From the human T2T-CHM13v2.0 reference genome, Homo sapiens, in NCBI RefSeq assembly GCF_009914755.1, contig NC_060928.1: a stretch of 64,000 nucleotides of DNA; one strand, written 5' to 3'. Each line of letters begins with the position of its first letter. The first letter of the stretch is position 1. The notes beneath the pieces are model-generated. The model was not told the DNA's origin. It was given only the letters and a program-made list of their open reading frames with translations, and did no database searches. Positions 37,983 to 51,853 of this stretch are shown here, piece after piece. Position numbers and translations under genes: made by a program.

Positions 37983-39374
37983 TTTTACTCTGGTTCTTGA
38001 TGGCAGGCAGGGCTGTGGCATAGAGCCTAGAGCTTCATGGGCTGACCTCTGTGGTCCAGAGGGAGGGCCTGGCACTGAGCATCTGGGCTTGTGAAAGGGG
38101 AGAATGTGATATATTGAGGATGGAAGTGAAGTATTTAGTGTACTGCTAGCTCCTGAACACTCTCCAAAGTTTCAGTGTCTTCATACAGTGAAACTTTCTC
38201 ATTCATGTAAGAGCCCAAAGCGATCAGTGGGCAGGTCACTTTCACATGGTATTTCAGAGACTCAGGCTCCTTTCCCACTTGTGGCTCCACAAAGGTCTTG
38301 AAGTCTTATGTATGCTGCAGGCAGATATACTGCTGGCAGAGGGGCAACAGCTGTGCTGAGTGTCTCCTGATCTGGGCCAGATCAAGGCCTTTCACATCTA
38401 TGAAGGGATTTGGAGGAGCACTGGGAACAGGTATTTTTGAGCACTTACCGAATGCCGGGCACCATACCGTGCATGTTCCATGCATTCTCACTTAATATTC
38501 TATGGAAGAGAGAACATTATATAAAAGAGCAAATGGAGGCCTGGAGAGGTTAAGTCAGTCATCAATGATTAAGCAGCTAATAAAATGGCAAGGCTAGATT
38601 CAAAGCCAGACCTTTCTACTATAGCATGTTTCTTTTCCCATACAGCAAATGCCCAGCCATAACTACATTGCATCTCACAGCATGTTGGCTAGAAAATGTG
38701 GTGATTGAAAATTGTAGGGTTTTCATGAAGCTTTTCTCTGCCCTTGATTGTGAAAATAGCTAAATATCCTTAGGACACTACAAAGCATGATGTCACAGTG
38801 GACAGGAAGATGAGCTTCATTCCTAAGATGAGTAATAAGCACATGCGGTTTAAGTCATGACATGTGCTTGGGTAAAACAGAGAAATCAACTCAGTTAGGA
38901 ACATTTAATTAGAAACATTCAGCTTCAGGCTCCATAGAGTCCCCTAGCTGGGTCCTCCTTAATTGACTATTTTCTGACACATCCCTGAGGCCCCAGGCTC
39001 TAAGTTTCTTCTCCCTAAATAGGCTTGAGATGTTTTGCAATAGACCCTTCTCTCCTTAAGTGCATTGTTCTCCTGTGAGCAGTCTCCCTTGTGAAGCCAC
39101 AACAACCTTCTCCCCTAAGGGCTCTCTCCAGCACCATCTCCATGAAGCCCTTCTCTAGGTCTCCTCTTGATCCTAGTGTCAGTGAAAAGACAGGTAGTGA
39201 CACCTCTAGGCCTTCACCTCAGATGGGCCATAGGAGCATCACTGAAGCTAGATTAGAAAAGCTCAAAGGGCTAAAAGCTGCCACTATTGCAGTGAGGGAG
39301 AACATCATTCTGAAAACCTCGCTGATTTTCTGGCTCAAAGTTGACCATTAAAATCTCTATGAATCTTAATTCAG

Positions 39375-39535
39375 GCACAGTAAAGATTCCAGTTATCCGC
39401 CATGGTACTGACCTCTCTACTTTCGCATCTGTCTGGTGTGCAACGCGGCCCTCAGACCCAGCTTCTGCCACACCAGGAGTTGACTACGTTCCCAGCTCTC
39501 GGAAGGTGGAATTTGGGCCTGGTGTCATTGAACAG
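39375..39535 (+). CDS. FRAS1: FRAS1 exon (161 nt, phase 1->0), Calx-beta 3
   Basis: taattcag|GC ... CAG|gtgcgt; TVKIPVIRHGTDLSTFASVWCATRPSDPASATPGVDYVPSSRKVEFGPGVIEQ. Confidence 0.94.
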
Positions 39536-39958
39536 GTGCGTTTACAGCAGTCGAGACTCCACAAAGTTGACAGGTCGGTTTGTGAATGTTGTCTTTAGTT
39601 TGCTTCCCAAGCTCTCTAAACTCCCCTGGCGATATTCCTATCTTTCCTTTCTTTAAAAACACACATACATAAACAAGAGAGTTAACTTAGGAGGGGATCT
39701 TCTAAAAACTCTCCTAGTGACATTTTTAGCATCAAATATCCAGCCTTACAGATTCAGGATATAAACTATACTCATTTGATATAAACATCTAAAAACAAAC
39801 TCCGAGTGGCATGTAATAAAGAGATCATCATGTTATGGATTAGAAAATCTTACTTTAAAACCACCAAAGACAGGCAAGTTGTGACCTTTGCCCTAGTCAA
39901 GGTAAATGGGTGTTAGATGGTGGGTCCTCTGTCAAGTTTGCTTTGGTTTCTCTTCTAG

Positions 39959-40106
39959 TATTGCACCTTGACTATCTTGGATGACACTCAGTATCCGGTA
40001 ATTGAAGGACTGGAGACATTTGTGGTTTTCCTCAGCTCAGCACAAGGAGCCGAACTGACCAAACCCTTCCAGGCAGTCATTGCAATTAATGACACATTCC
40101 AAGATG
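39959..40106 (+). CDS. FRAS1: FRAS1 exon (148 nt, phase 0->1), Calx-beta 3
   Basis: tcttctag|TAT ... GATG|gtaaga; YCTLTILDDTQYPVIEGLETFVVFLSSAQGAELTKPFQAVIAINDTFQD. Confidence 0.95.
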
Positions 40107-41336
40107 GTAAGAGATTGGGGATGCCAGCTGGTAGGTCCAAATATATTTCTATTTTTTCTTTAACGTCCACATATGTGACATTGGAACTCATTCACATTTT
40201 CATTCAAGAAATATGTGTGTGTAGATGTGTATACGTGAGCATTTGCACTTTTACATAGCAGAGTATGTAGATGTGAGAGAGAACCATTGATGTCTCCGGT
40301 ACTCTGCCAGACACAAAGAGATGTATAAGCCTTGGGCCCTGTCCTCAAGAAGCTCAGTGTCTCCCTGTTGAATCAGACCCTTAAAGAGAGAAATTGGAAT
40401 AAATCATGATAAATGACCTAATAGTACTATACATCCAGCACTATGGGAGCAGAGGGAACTGAACAGGAACTACAAGTGGGGGAAATTATAGATTTCACCA
40501 AGGAGATTATATTTAAGCAGAGTCTTCAGGTGTGATAGGAGTCTATCTAATGCATAATAAAGGAAAACCTATTTCAAGTGGAGACATATAGTAAATACAA
40601 TGTATAATGTGTTGAAAGATCCACATTTGGGGAATAGACCCTTACTTTTGCTTTGAGCATGGGAGGGGGTGAATAGAAGAATGGAATGGAAAGACAGATT
40701 GGAGTCAAGTTCTGAGAGGCATTGTGATCCAGCCTAAGGACTCTATAAGCAAAGGGTAGCAGTGGATGCTTATAAGCAGAGGAGTGATGTGCTTTTTTAT
40801 TTTAGAAAGCGAATATTGGCAGTATTGTAGGTGATGTGCAGGGATGAATAGAGGCAGGTATATGAAGAAAATATCAGTCACTGCTGAAGATGTAACCTAA
40901 GTAGCATGAGGAAAAACAGGAAAGGATGGTTACTTCTCAGAAGAATTGACGAAATTAGAATTGTCAGAACTTCAGAATCCACTGTTTGGATACTAGGGTT
41001 TGGTGGAGAAGATCAAGTGAAACCTTCCACCTAAAGCAGCAGGACCCTCATTAGCATTCCCAGAGATTGGCCATAGAGCCCATGATTAAACTCCTAGCAG
41101 CCGAGAAGTCCTCAAAAGAGGAGCAAGAAGCCAAGTCGGATAATCTTTGATGTTTTTATTTATTCTTAAATCATTTATTTCATGTATATAGTAGTAAACA
41201 ATTCAAATGGCAAAAAGCGTATACTATGAAAATTAAATCTTCTTTCTACCCCTATCTCCCAGTCTCCCAGTTCTCCTCACTGGAGACAACAATTTTAACC
41301 AGTTTTTTGTGTGTTTATCCTTCAGGAGAAAAAAAA

Positions 41337-41339
<3 letters not shown>

Positions 41340-41371
<32 letters not shown>

Positions 41372-41400
41372 TGTGTGTGTGATACACACACACACACATA
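41340..41400. repeat. Compound (TA)n/(TG)n/(CA)n microsatellite
   Basis: (TA)~14 followed by atgtgtgtgtg-ata-cacacacacacacat. Confidence 0.9.
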
Positions 41401-41449
41401 CAACAAACATACACATACTTGCATGCATCCAAAATGATAGTAATTTGTT

Positions 41450-42185
41450 TTAGAGCCAGGTTTATGAAGGTGCAACTTGCATAAATGAAAGTCCATCGTC
41501 CTTAGTGTACAGTTCTATGAGTTTTGACAAATGTATACAGTGATATGCTCAGTACCACAATCAAGATGTTGAACAGTTCCAACACTCTGCAAAATTATCT
41601 CATGTGCCTTTGTCGTCTGTGTCTCCTTAGTCACCAGCCCTGAAAACCACTAATCTGTTTTCTGGCCCTAAAGTTGTGCCTTTTCCAAAATTTCATAAAA
41701 ATAGAATCATATAATATCTATGATTTTGCATCTGGTTTCTTTCACTAGAAAATGCATTTGAGACTCATTCATGTTATTGCATATGTGAGTAGTTCATTCC
41801 ATTTATTGAGATTAGCTTTTCATTGTATGGATTTACCACCATTTGTTTACTCACCTATTGAATGACATTTGGGTTGTTCAAGGTTTTGGTGTTTAAATTG
41901 CGTTGTTTTCCTACTTGTATTGCATTGTTGTAGATTCTGGACAGAGATTTATATTTTGCAAATATTTTATCCAAGTCTGTTTTTTGTCTTTTTGTTCTGT
42001 AAACAAACATCCTAAGAGTAATCATTTTTCATTTTGAAGCAGCCTCATTTATCATTTTTCTATTATGGATCATATTTTTAGTGTTGTATCTAAGAAATCT
42101 TTGCCTAACCCAAGGTAACAAAGATGTTCTCCTATTTTCCTACAGAAGTTTTATAGCCTTAAGTTTTACATTTAGGTTTGTGATT
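41450..42185 (-). mobile_element. Old L1M (MC/ME-like) fragment
   Basis: tgtacagttctatgagttttgacaaatgtatacag ... tctaagaaatctttgcctaacccaagg. Confidence 0.8.
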
Positions 42186-42624
42186 CACAAAACGGTAACT
42201 TTTACACCATGAACAAGATTATGACACTTATATTATCTCATGTTGCATGTTACTTCCAAGTTTACAAAGCAATCCATTAAGCCTTATCTCACTTGCTCAT
42301 AACCCCGTGCTCTTTCTTCTGTTTCTATTTAGTGGATAAGGAAACTGAGAATCAGAGGAAATAGGTCACCCAATGTCTAGTATCTAGAGGAACCAGCATG
42401 CATTCTAGGACTTTTGACCCCAAGTTCATCCTCCTTGCATTATATACTACATGGTTTTAATTGGTGTAGAAGTAGAATCAGTGGCAATTTTATTTCTTAG
42501 TAAAGAGGAAGATAAAACAGAAAGAAGAAAATTCAGCTATACGTTTTATTCTTGAAATTGTTTCTTATTCTTTTGCATGAAATGACCATTAATTTCCCTC
42601 TGATGAAGTGGAAAGTGAATACAA

Positions 42625-42830
42625 AGTTGAAGTCCTGAAATATAATCCTAGCCCCACCACTTCCTAGGTCTTTGGCCTTAGGCCAGAAGCTTAAGGTTAC
42701 TAAGCCTCATTTTGCTCATCTATAAATAATGAAAATAACTACCTTACAAGATTGTTGTGAGGATTAAATTAGATAAAATATGTGAAAATGCCTGCTGTAA
42801 TACCTGGCACACAGTAAATTTTATTACATG
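42625..42830 (+). mobile_element. MIR
   Basis: ctaagcctcattttgctcatctataa ... gattgttgtgaggattaaattagataa ... cctggcacacagtaaa. Confidence 0.75.
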
Positions 42831-45565
42831 TTGATTTCTTTTCTTCCTGACACACCTGGCATTTATCACTCTTACCAACAAGACTCCAGTAACATATAGA
42901 GTCCTCACTGATCAACACACAAAATTATATTTAAATATTTTTCAGTATTTTATTGATGAGCATTGGGTTTGTCAACTTAGGAAACTGATATGTTAAGCAA
43001 AAATTTTCTTTCAGAAAAGCTACAGCTTTTCTTTTTCTTTCAGAGAAGCTACAGCAATATGTGTTTAATCAATAACTTATCCCAGAGAAAGAAATCCCAA
43101 AACCTATTTCAGTAACTCAGCATAGCATTCAGTACTTACTTCTTCTGGTTATCTTTCTTCCTAGTAATAACGAACTTTTGTTGAGTCCATTCAGTATGAA
43201 CATTCTAGGGTAGAAAGATCTTACATATTATCCCTAATCCTTGCAACAGACCTTTAACTTGTGAAACCAAGTTTGAATAATTTGAGTAGGATTACACAGA
43301 GAGAAAGTGATGAAGCTGGAATTAAAATCCAAGTCTGCTCTATCCAAGTCCAGTCTTCTGGTTTCATATCCTACTACGCTGACTCTTCACATTTCAGTTT
43401 CAGCTGGCCACTGCCCTCTGTATAACAATGCTAACCGTCACTCAAGAGTCTTACAAAGTCAACTCTCAGCCTTCTGCAGTGATCTTAGCTCCTTTCATTC
43501 TTTTCCCACTAGGCTGATTTCAGGATCTTAAATCATCTAAGCAGCTCATCTTATAACATTTACCTGTTCTCACCTACCTTTGCTGTGCTGGTACCTGGAA
43601 TTAGACTCGGGCTTGGGCATGAGTAATGCTGACTGGGTAGCATTAGAAAGTCCTGTAGCTGCTACAGTATCACCCTCCTGTGTGTGCATCTGTGGCAAAC
43701 ATACTCATTAACTCGTGAAACAGAGGCAGGATTTCTCCTAAATTTCTGGCTTAACTGTTGCTGGTAAAGAGGCTATTGCATTCCAGGCACTGGCGTTTAC
43801 ATTCACTTCATCAGTTACTAAGAAGATTAGCGAGGTAACAGTGTTTATAGGACATTTTCTATACCTAGCACTGGTGATCAACATGGTATGGGCTACAGAG
43901 TAGTGGAGAGCAGAGTCCCATAATCTATTTTAGGATACAAGACTTCCATAAATAAAAAGATAATTGTAGACTGGCCATGCACAATAAGTGTTCTATGAGC
44001 AGTGCTGACAGAAAATGCGTTATACCCAATGTGAGCCCATGCGCCATCAGCAGGTAACCTCCATTTCATATTGATGCAGCCCATCAGTGTGGAAAAAGAG
44101 GAGCCCTGCAGTCAGGGGAAGTTGATTCTAAGAGCCAGTGCTATCACTTCCTGGGGATTATACTGCCTTATGGGGTTGGTGACAGAATGACATTAAATAA
44201 TATATATGAAAACCTTTAACACAATGCCTGACTTACAACATAAATCCCCTGTGCTAAATCTCTTCCTGAAACTCCCTTGTTGTATATGTCTCTTGCCTCA
44301 GTCTCCCACTGGTCTGGGGTCTTCTTAAAGGGAGGGATTGTTTCTGGGCAGGCAATCAGAAGATGTGTCCACTGCCTTTTCTCTTTCTCTCTCTCTATTT
44401 TTTTTTTTTTTTTTTTGGCAGACAGGGATAGAAGTGAGAGTGAATGTCTTGTTAAAGAGGGAAAAAATAGTCTTTTATACCTCAAGAGGAATTTGGAGTT
44501 GATTAATGCATGACCAAACCTAAACATAACCACTTCAGCCTTTAACTTTCTCATCTGACTTGAGGCCTGTCAGGCCAGCAAGAAAAAACAATCTAAAGCT
44601 TCAGATATCTGCTGGGAGCGGAAAAGCTTCCCTGCTTGTATTGCTTTTTCCCTGGCAACAAGCTTCCTTCTTGTCCTCCTATGCTGGGCGATGTCATTGC
44701 CATCCACCTTTTAGCAGCACAGGCCATTTCACTGGGTTACGGAGCCCTAACTGGTTAGGCCTACAGTTGTTAATTTTCCTTTAGGTATAGTGTTCTTTTA
44801 AGCAGTATCATCTGACTTTTCATTTAGTAATGATTAGTAACTATTAAGCTTAGTTCATATGATGGGATGGTTTTATTTTTGCCATGGCCAACAGTTCTGG
44901 AGTCACAGAGAGCTTTCTGTACATTGACTTGGAGAATGCTTGGGTGCTTATCACCCCTCCTCTCATTCCCCCACGTCCCCCAATCCCCAAACACACACCT
45001 TTCCTTCCTTTCTGGATTGGTGGGGTGTGTCCAGGAGGCAGCCAGGAAATTGGTGATTACAGCTTTAACCCAAAGACTAATTCTGACCCAGGAGGCTTTG
45101 ACATATGATTCTTTGCATTGTTCGTGAATAAATTAATAACCAGCAGTCAACAAAATGTTGACCTCAGAGGGGCAAATGCCTTAATACAGAGCAAATGATT
45201 CTTCATATTGAGAATTCTGGAGTTGGGAGGAAAATAGAAACCATAATATATTAATTCCTACCAAACTTTGAGTTCTCACTATAAACCAGATACTACATTG
45301 AGTACCATGCATTTATTATCTCATTAAATTCAATTATACCAACAATTCTATATTAGATATTAATATTTCCAATTTATATATGAAAAATATCCCAAAGTTT
45401 GGAAAGTCTAAGTAACTTGCCCTGTGTCACACAACTGGTAAGTAGAAGGGCTGAGATGGAAATTCAGGTCTGTTTCCTCCTAAGTCCTTGTTTTTAACCA
45501 TGATTTGACTACGGTCTCATCCTTAAGTCAAAGGAGGATTTGAGTTATAAAAGAAGAGGCATCTA

Positions 45566-45823
<258 letters not shown>

Positions 45824-46440
45824 TTATTTGTTTGCTATTTTTGAATTCAGGAGCTATGTCATAAAAATCCACATCTCTGGCTTCATTTGAAAATAAGATC
45901 TGGCAACAGAAGACTGGAACTTTTTAAACAGGGCCTACTCTTTCCTTTATACTTATGTCCCCACTCTTTCCTATTGTCTCTCTGGCCCCAAGACCAATGT
46001 GAGTGGCCATTTAGCACCAGACTTGCACTGCTGTTTTCCTTACTGTAGCCCTAGGAGGACAGTGAAGTCTTTTGAGTACCCAAATAATGACCAAAATTTT
46101 TCGTACACCATCAAAATTTTTCTTACAATTATCCCATTTATTGACTTGCATTACCTGCTCATATTTGAGATGGTGACAGCATTTTGAAGTTGTACAAAGA
46201 TAGGTACAAAATTGATCTGTTCTATTTCACTGGATGCACACTTATAGTAGAAGCAGTTCCCTTGTCCTGAGAGCAACAACCATGCTTTGGAATCTGCTTG
46301 CCACCTGTGACTTGTCAGCCTACCTTGGGCTTTGGTGGAGCTCACCTGCCAAAATAGCTGCTGAAGGCTGACAAGGACCATGGCCACAGCTTCCCTGTCT
46401 TCCACTAACGGTGCGTCTGTCTTTCTGTCTGCCCACCTAG

Positions 46441-46646
46441 TGCCCAGCATGCAGTTTGCCAAGGATTTGCTCCTAGTGAAGGAGAAGGAGGGTGTCCTGC
46501 ATGTCCCTATCACTCGGAGCGGAGACCTGAGCTATGAGTCATCAGTGAGGTGCTATACTCAGAGCCATTCCGCTCAGGTCATGGAGGACTTTGAGGAGAG
46601 ACAAAATGCAGACTCTTCACGGATTACATTTCTCAAAGGGGACAAA
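46441..46646 (+). CDS. FRAS1: FRAS1 exon (206 nt, phase 1->0), Calx-beta 4
   Basis: cacctag|TG ... AAA|gtaagt; (V)PSMQFAKDLLLVKEKEGVLHVPITRSGDLSYESSVRCYT...RITFLKGDK. Confidence 0.95.
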
Positions 46647-46754
46647 GTAAGTGGATTGGTGGTGGCTGAAAGATGAGATTCTCTTATTGTCTTTATTTGT
46701 CTGTAATGAAGTCATTTATATAAATTCCAAAAATTCTCAGAATTTTGTATACTA

Positions 46755-47153
46755 CAGGTGACCCTTGAACAATGCAGGGGATAGGGGTGCCAACTCCCCA
46801 CACAGTTGAAAATTTGTGTATAACTTTTGACTCACACAAAACTTAACTACTAATAACCTACTGTTGACTGAAAGCCTTACCAATAACATAAGTAGTTGAT
46901 TATCACATATTTTATGTGTCATATGTATCACATGCTGCATTCTCACAATAAAATAAACTAGAGAAAAAATGTTATTAAGAAGTGGAATAGTGGATCATCA
47001 TAAAGGTCTTCATCCTCATTGTCTTCATATTGAATAAGCTGAAGAGAAGGAGGGAGAGGAGGGTCTCACTGTCTCAGGAGTAGAGAGACAGAAAAAAATC
47101 CATGTCTAAGTGCACCCATGCAGTTTGAACCTGTGTCATTCAAGGGTTATCCA
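46755..47153 (+). mobile_element. Tigger2a-like element
   Basis: TA|CAGGTGACCCTTGAACAA ... TTCAAGGGTTATCCA|TA; internal GTATAACTTTTGACTC and AAAACTTAACTACTAATA. Confidence 0.85.
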
Positions 47154-47521
47154 TAATTGACAATATTTTTAATGATGTCATCTATTCCTTCTTTGTCTCC
47201 CACTTACAATCAAATACACATATCATTGGTTGATCTGAGAAGTTTAGCTGATGTGTGACATATTTGGAACTTAGCAGAAGCAAATGAGTTCTGCTCTTAT
47301 TACCACCTCTTAATCTCAAACTATGTTAGAGATGAATATACTCCACTGTTACTTTGAGAGCAGGAGGCAGCCGTCTAATACCTGCACCCCTGTCCCAGGG
47401 AAACATATATCCCAGTATAGGACCAAATAGGCAGATGTTGAGCAAATTGAAGTCAGCAGAGTATTCTCTTGACAATGTACATGAAATCTCATGCATATGC
47501 ACCTAGAAACTCACCACTAAA

Positions 47522-50500
47522 GCTAGTGGAAAACAAAAAAAAAAAAAAAAAAAAAAAAAGAAAAGCAGGGGTTGAAATCCTAGTCTCTGATAAAACAGAC
47601 TTTAAACCAGCAAAGATCAGGGAAGACAAAGAAGGGTATATTACATAATGGTAAAGGGATCAATGCAACAACATGAGCTAACTTTCCTAAATATATATGC
47701 ACCCAATACAGGAACACCCAGATTCACAAAGTTCTTAGAGACCTACAAAGAGACTTAGACTCCAACAAAATAATAGTGGGAGACTTTAACACCCCACTGT
47801 CAATATTAGACAGATCAATGAGACAGAAAATTAACAAGGTTATTTGGGACTTGAACTCAGCTCTGGACCAAGCAGACCTAATAGACATCTACAGAGCTCT
47901 CCACCCAAAATCAACAGAATATACATTCTTCTCAGCACCATATGGCACTTATTCTAAAGTTGACCACATATTTGGAAGTAAAGCACTCCTCAGCAAATGC
48001 AAAAGAACAGAAATCATAACAAACAGTCTCTCAGACCACAGTGCAACAAATTAGAGCTCAGGATTAAGAAACTCACTCAAAACCACACAACTACATGGAA
48101 ACTGAACAACCTGCTCCTGAATGACTACTGGGTAAATAACAAAATTAAGGCAGAAATAAATAAGTTCTTTGAAACCAATGAGAACAAACACAACATACCA
48201 GAATCCCTGGAACACAGCTAAAGCAATGTTTAGAGGGAAATTTATAGCACTAAATGCCCACAGGAGAAAGTGGGAAAGGTCTAAAATCGACACCATAACA
48301 TCACAATTAAAAGAACTAGAGAAGCAAGAGCAAACAAATTCAAAAGCTATCAGAAGACAAGAAATAATTAGGATCAGAACAGAACTGAAGGAGATAGAGA
48401 CAGGAAAAATCCTTCAAAAAAAATCAGTGAATCCAGGAGCTGGTTTTTTTTTAAAGATTAACCAAATAGATAGACCATTATCCAGACTAATAAAGAAGAA
48501 AAGAGAGAATAATCAAATAGACACAATAAAAATTGATAAAGGGGATATCACCACTGATCCCACAGAAATACAAACTACCATCAAAGAATACTATAAACAC
48601 CTCTATGCAAATAAACTAGAAAATCTGGAAGAAATGGATAAATGCCTGGACACATACGCCCTCTCAAGACTAAACCGGGAAGAATTTGAATCCCTGAATA
48701 GACCAGTAACAAGTTCTGAAATTGAGGCAGTAATTAATAGCCTACCAACCAAAAAAAGCCCAGGACCAGACGGATTCACAGCCGAATTCTACCAGAGGTA
48801 CAAAGAGGAGCTGGTACCATTACTTCTGAAACTATTCCAAACAATAGAAAAAGAGGGACTCCTTCCTAATTCATTTTATGAGGCCAGCATCATCCTGATA
48901 TTTAACTGTGGCAGAAATGCAACAAAAAAAATTTCAGGCCAATATCTCTGATGAACATCAATGCGAAAATACTCAATAAAATACTGGCAAACTGAATCCA
49001 GCAGCACATCAAAAAGTTTATCCACCACGATCAAGTTGGCTGCATCCCTGGGATGCAAGGCTAGTTCAACATACGCAAATCAATAAACATAATCCATCAC
49101 ATAAACAGAACCAATGACAAAACCCACATGATTATCTAATAGATGCAGAAAAGGCCTTCGACAAACTTTAACAGCCCTTCATGATAAAAACTCTCAATAA
49201 ACTAGGTATTGATGGAACATATCTCAAAATAACAAGAGCTATTTATGACAAACCCACAGCCAATATCATATTGAATGGCAAAAGCTGGAAGTATTCCCTT
49301 TGAAAACCTGCACAAGACAAAGATGCCCTCTCTCACCACTCCTGTTCAACATAGTATTAAACGTTCTGGCTAGGGCAAACAGGCAAGAGAAAGAAATAAA
49401 CGTTTATTCAAATAGGAAGAGAGGAAGTCAAATTGTCTCTGTTTGCAGATGACATAATTGTATATTTAGAAAACCCCATTGTCTCAGCCCCAAATCTCCT
49501 TAAGCTGATAAGGAACTTCAGCAAAGTTTCAGGATACAAAATCAATGTGCAAAAATCACAAGCATTCCTATACAACTATAATAAACAGAGAGCCAAATCA
49601 TGAGTGAACTCCCATTCACAATTGCTACAAAGAGAATAAAATACCTAAGAATACAACTTACAAGGGACATGAAGGACCTCTTCAAGGAGAACTACAAACC
49701 ACTGCTCAAGGAAATAAGAGAGGACACAAATGGAAAAATATTCCATGCTCATGGATAAGAAGAATCAATATCATGAAAATGGCCATACTGCCCAAAGTAA
49801 TTTATAGATTCCTTGCTATCCCCATCAAGCTACCTTTGACATTCTTCACAGAATTAGAAAAAACTACTTTAAATTTCATATGGAACCATAAAAGAGCCAT
49901 ATAGCCAAGACAATCCTAAGCAAAAAGAACAAAGCTGGGGGCATCACACTACCTGACTTCAAACTATACTACAAGTCTGCAGTAATCAAAACAGCATGGT
50001 AGTGTTACCAAAAGAGATATATAGACCAATGGAACAGAACAGAGGCCTCAGAAATAATGTCACACATCTACAACCATCTGATTTTTTGACAAACCTGACA
50101 AAAATAAGCAATGGGGAAAGGATTCCCTACTTAATAAATGGTGTTGGGAAAACTAGCTAGCCATATGCAGAAAACTGAAACTGGACCCCTTCCTTACACC
50201 TTATACAAAAATTAACTCAGGATGGATTGAAGACTTAAACGTGAGACCTAAAACCATAAAAATCCTAGAAGTAAACATAGGCAATACCATTCAGGACAAG
50301 GACAAGGCAAGGACACGGGCAAGGACTTCATGACTAAAACACCAAAAGCAATGGCAACGAAAGCCAAAATTGACAAATGGGATCTAATTGAACTAAAGAG
50401 CTTCTGCACAGCAAAAGAAACTATCATCAGAGTGAACAGGCAACCTACAGAATGGGAGAAAATCTTTGCAATCTATCCATCTGACAAAGGGCTAATATCC

Positions 50501-51390
50501 AGAATCTATAAGAAACTTAAACAAATTTACAAGGAAAAAACAACCCCATCAAAAAGTAGGCAAAGGATATGAACAGACACTTCTCAAAAGAAGACATTTA
50601 TGCAGCCAACAAACAAACGAAGAAAAGCTCATCATCACTGGTTGTTAGAGAAATGCAAATCAAAACCACAATGAGATACCATCTCATGCCAGTTAGAATG
50701 GTGATTATTAAAATGTCAGGAAACAACAGATTCTGGAGAGGATGTGGAGAAATAGGAACGCTTTTACACTGTTGGTGGGAGTGTAAATTAGTTCAACCAT
50801 TGTGGAAGACAGGATGGTGATTCCTCAAGGATCTAGAACCAGAAATACGATTTGGCCTAGCAATCCCATTACTGGGTATATACCCAAAGAATTATAAATC
50901 TTTCTATTATAAAGACACATGCACATGTATATTTATTGCAGCACTATTCACAATAGCAAAGACTTGGAACCAACCCAAATGCCCATCAATGATAGACTGG
51001 ATAAAGAAACTGTGGCACACATACACCATGGAGTATTATGCAGCTATAAAAAAAAAGATGAGTTCATTCCTTTGCAGGGACACGGATGAAGCTGGAAACC
51101 ATCATTCTCAGCAAACTAACACAGAAACAGAAAACCAAACACTGAATATTCTGACTCATAAGTGGGAGTTGAACAATGAGAACACATGGACCCAGGGAGG
51201 GGAACATCACACACCGGGGCCTGTCTGGGTGGTGGGGGGCTAGGGGAGGGATAGCATTAGGAGGAATACCCAATTTAAATGACGGGTTGATGGGTGCAGC
51301 AAACCACCATGACACATGTATACCTATGTGACAAACCTGCATGTTCTGCACATGTATCCCAGAACTTAAAGTATAATAATAATAAAAAAA
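47522..51390 (+). mobile_element. L1PA (about PA7/PA8), 5'-truncated, 3.9 kb, disrupted ORF2 (EN-RT-C), sense to FRAS1
   Basis: ORF2 fragments ([28 protein letters not shown] region), L1PA 3' UTR and A tail; perfect 17-bp TSD AGAAACTCACCACTAAA (47505-47521 and 51391-51407). Confidence 0.97.
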
Positions 51391-51853
51391 AGAAACTCAC
51401 CACTAAACATGGCTGCACCAGAATTAGTCTGCAACCTCAGTGTATGTCAAAAGTGTGTATTGAATCAGAATCACATTTTCCCCATTTTAAAATCTCAGTT
51501 TCAGATGGTTGAGTCAGTTATATCCCTTGGTTCAAGGCACACATCCTCATTGGTCAATACTAAGCCCTTCTCTTATGTTTGTTTTTTTTTATTCATTTTG
51601 TTTTACCCCTACTCTCCAGCCACATTCTTTTCCCTGCTCATCAATCTATTGTGTTTAATATGTATCTCTTAACTTGTATTTCTTCTTAAGAAATGCTTGT
51701 TGTTTTATGTATACAGTTTTAATTTCTAAAAATGCTATTGTCCTCTTTTTTTCATCTTTTACTGTTTTTACTCAGCAATGTTTTGAGATCTATGTTTTTT
51801 AGGTGTACATGTAATCTGTTGCTTCTAACTGTTGCATAATATTTTATGGTATA

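Noticed and set aside
48169-48951. 260-aa ORF and other L1 ORF pieces (also 60072-60785, 62550-63432) as genes
   Set aside because: These are fragments of frameshifted L1 ORF1/ORF2, and neither element is coding-intact.
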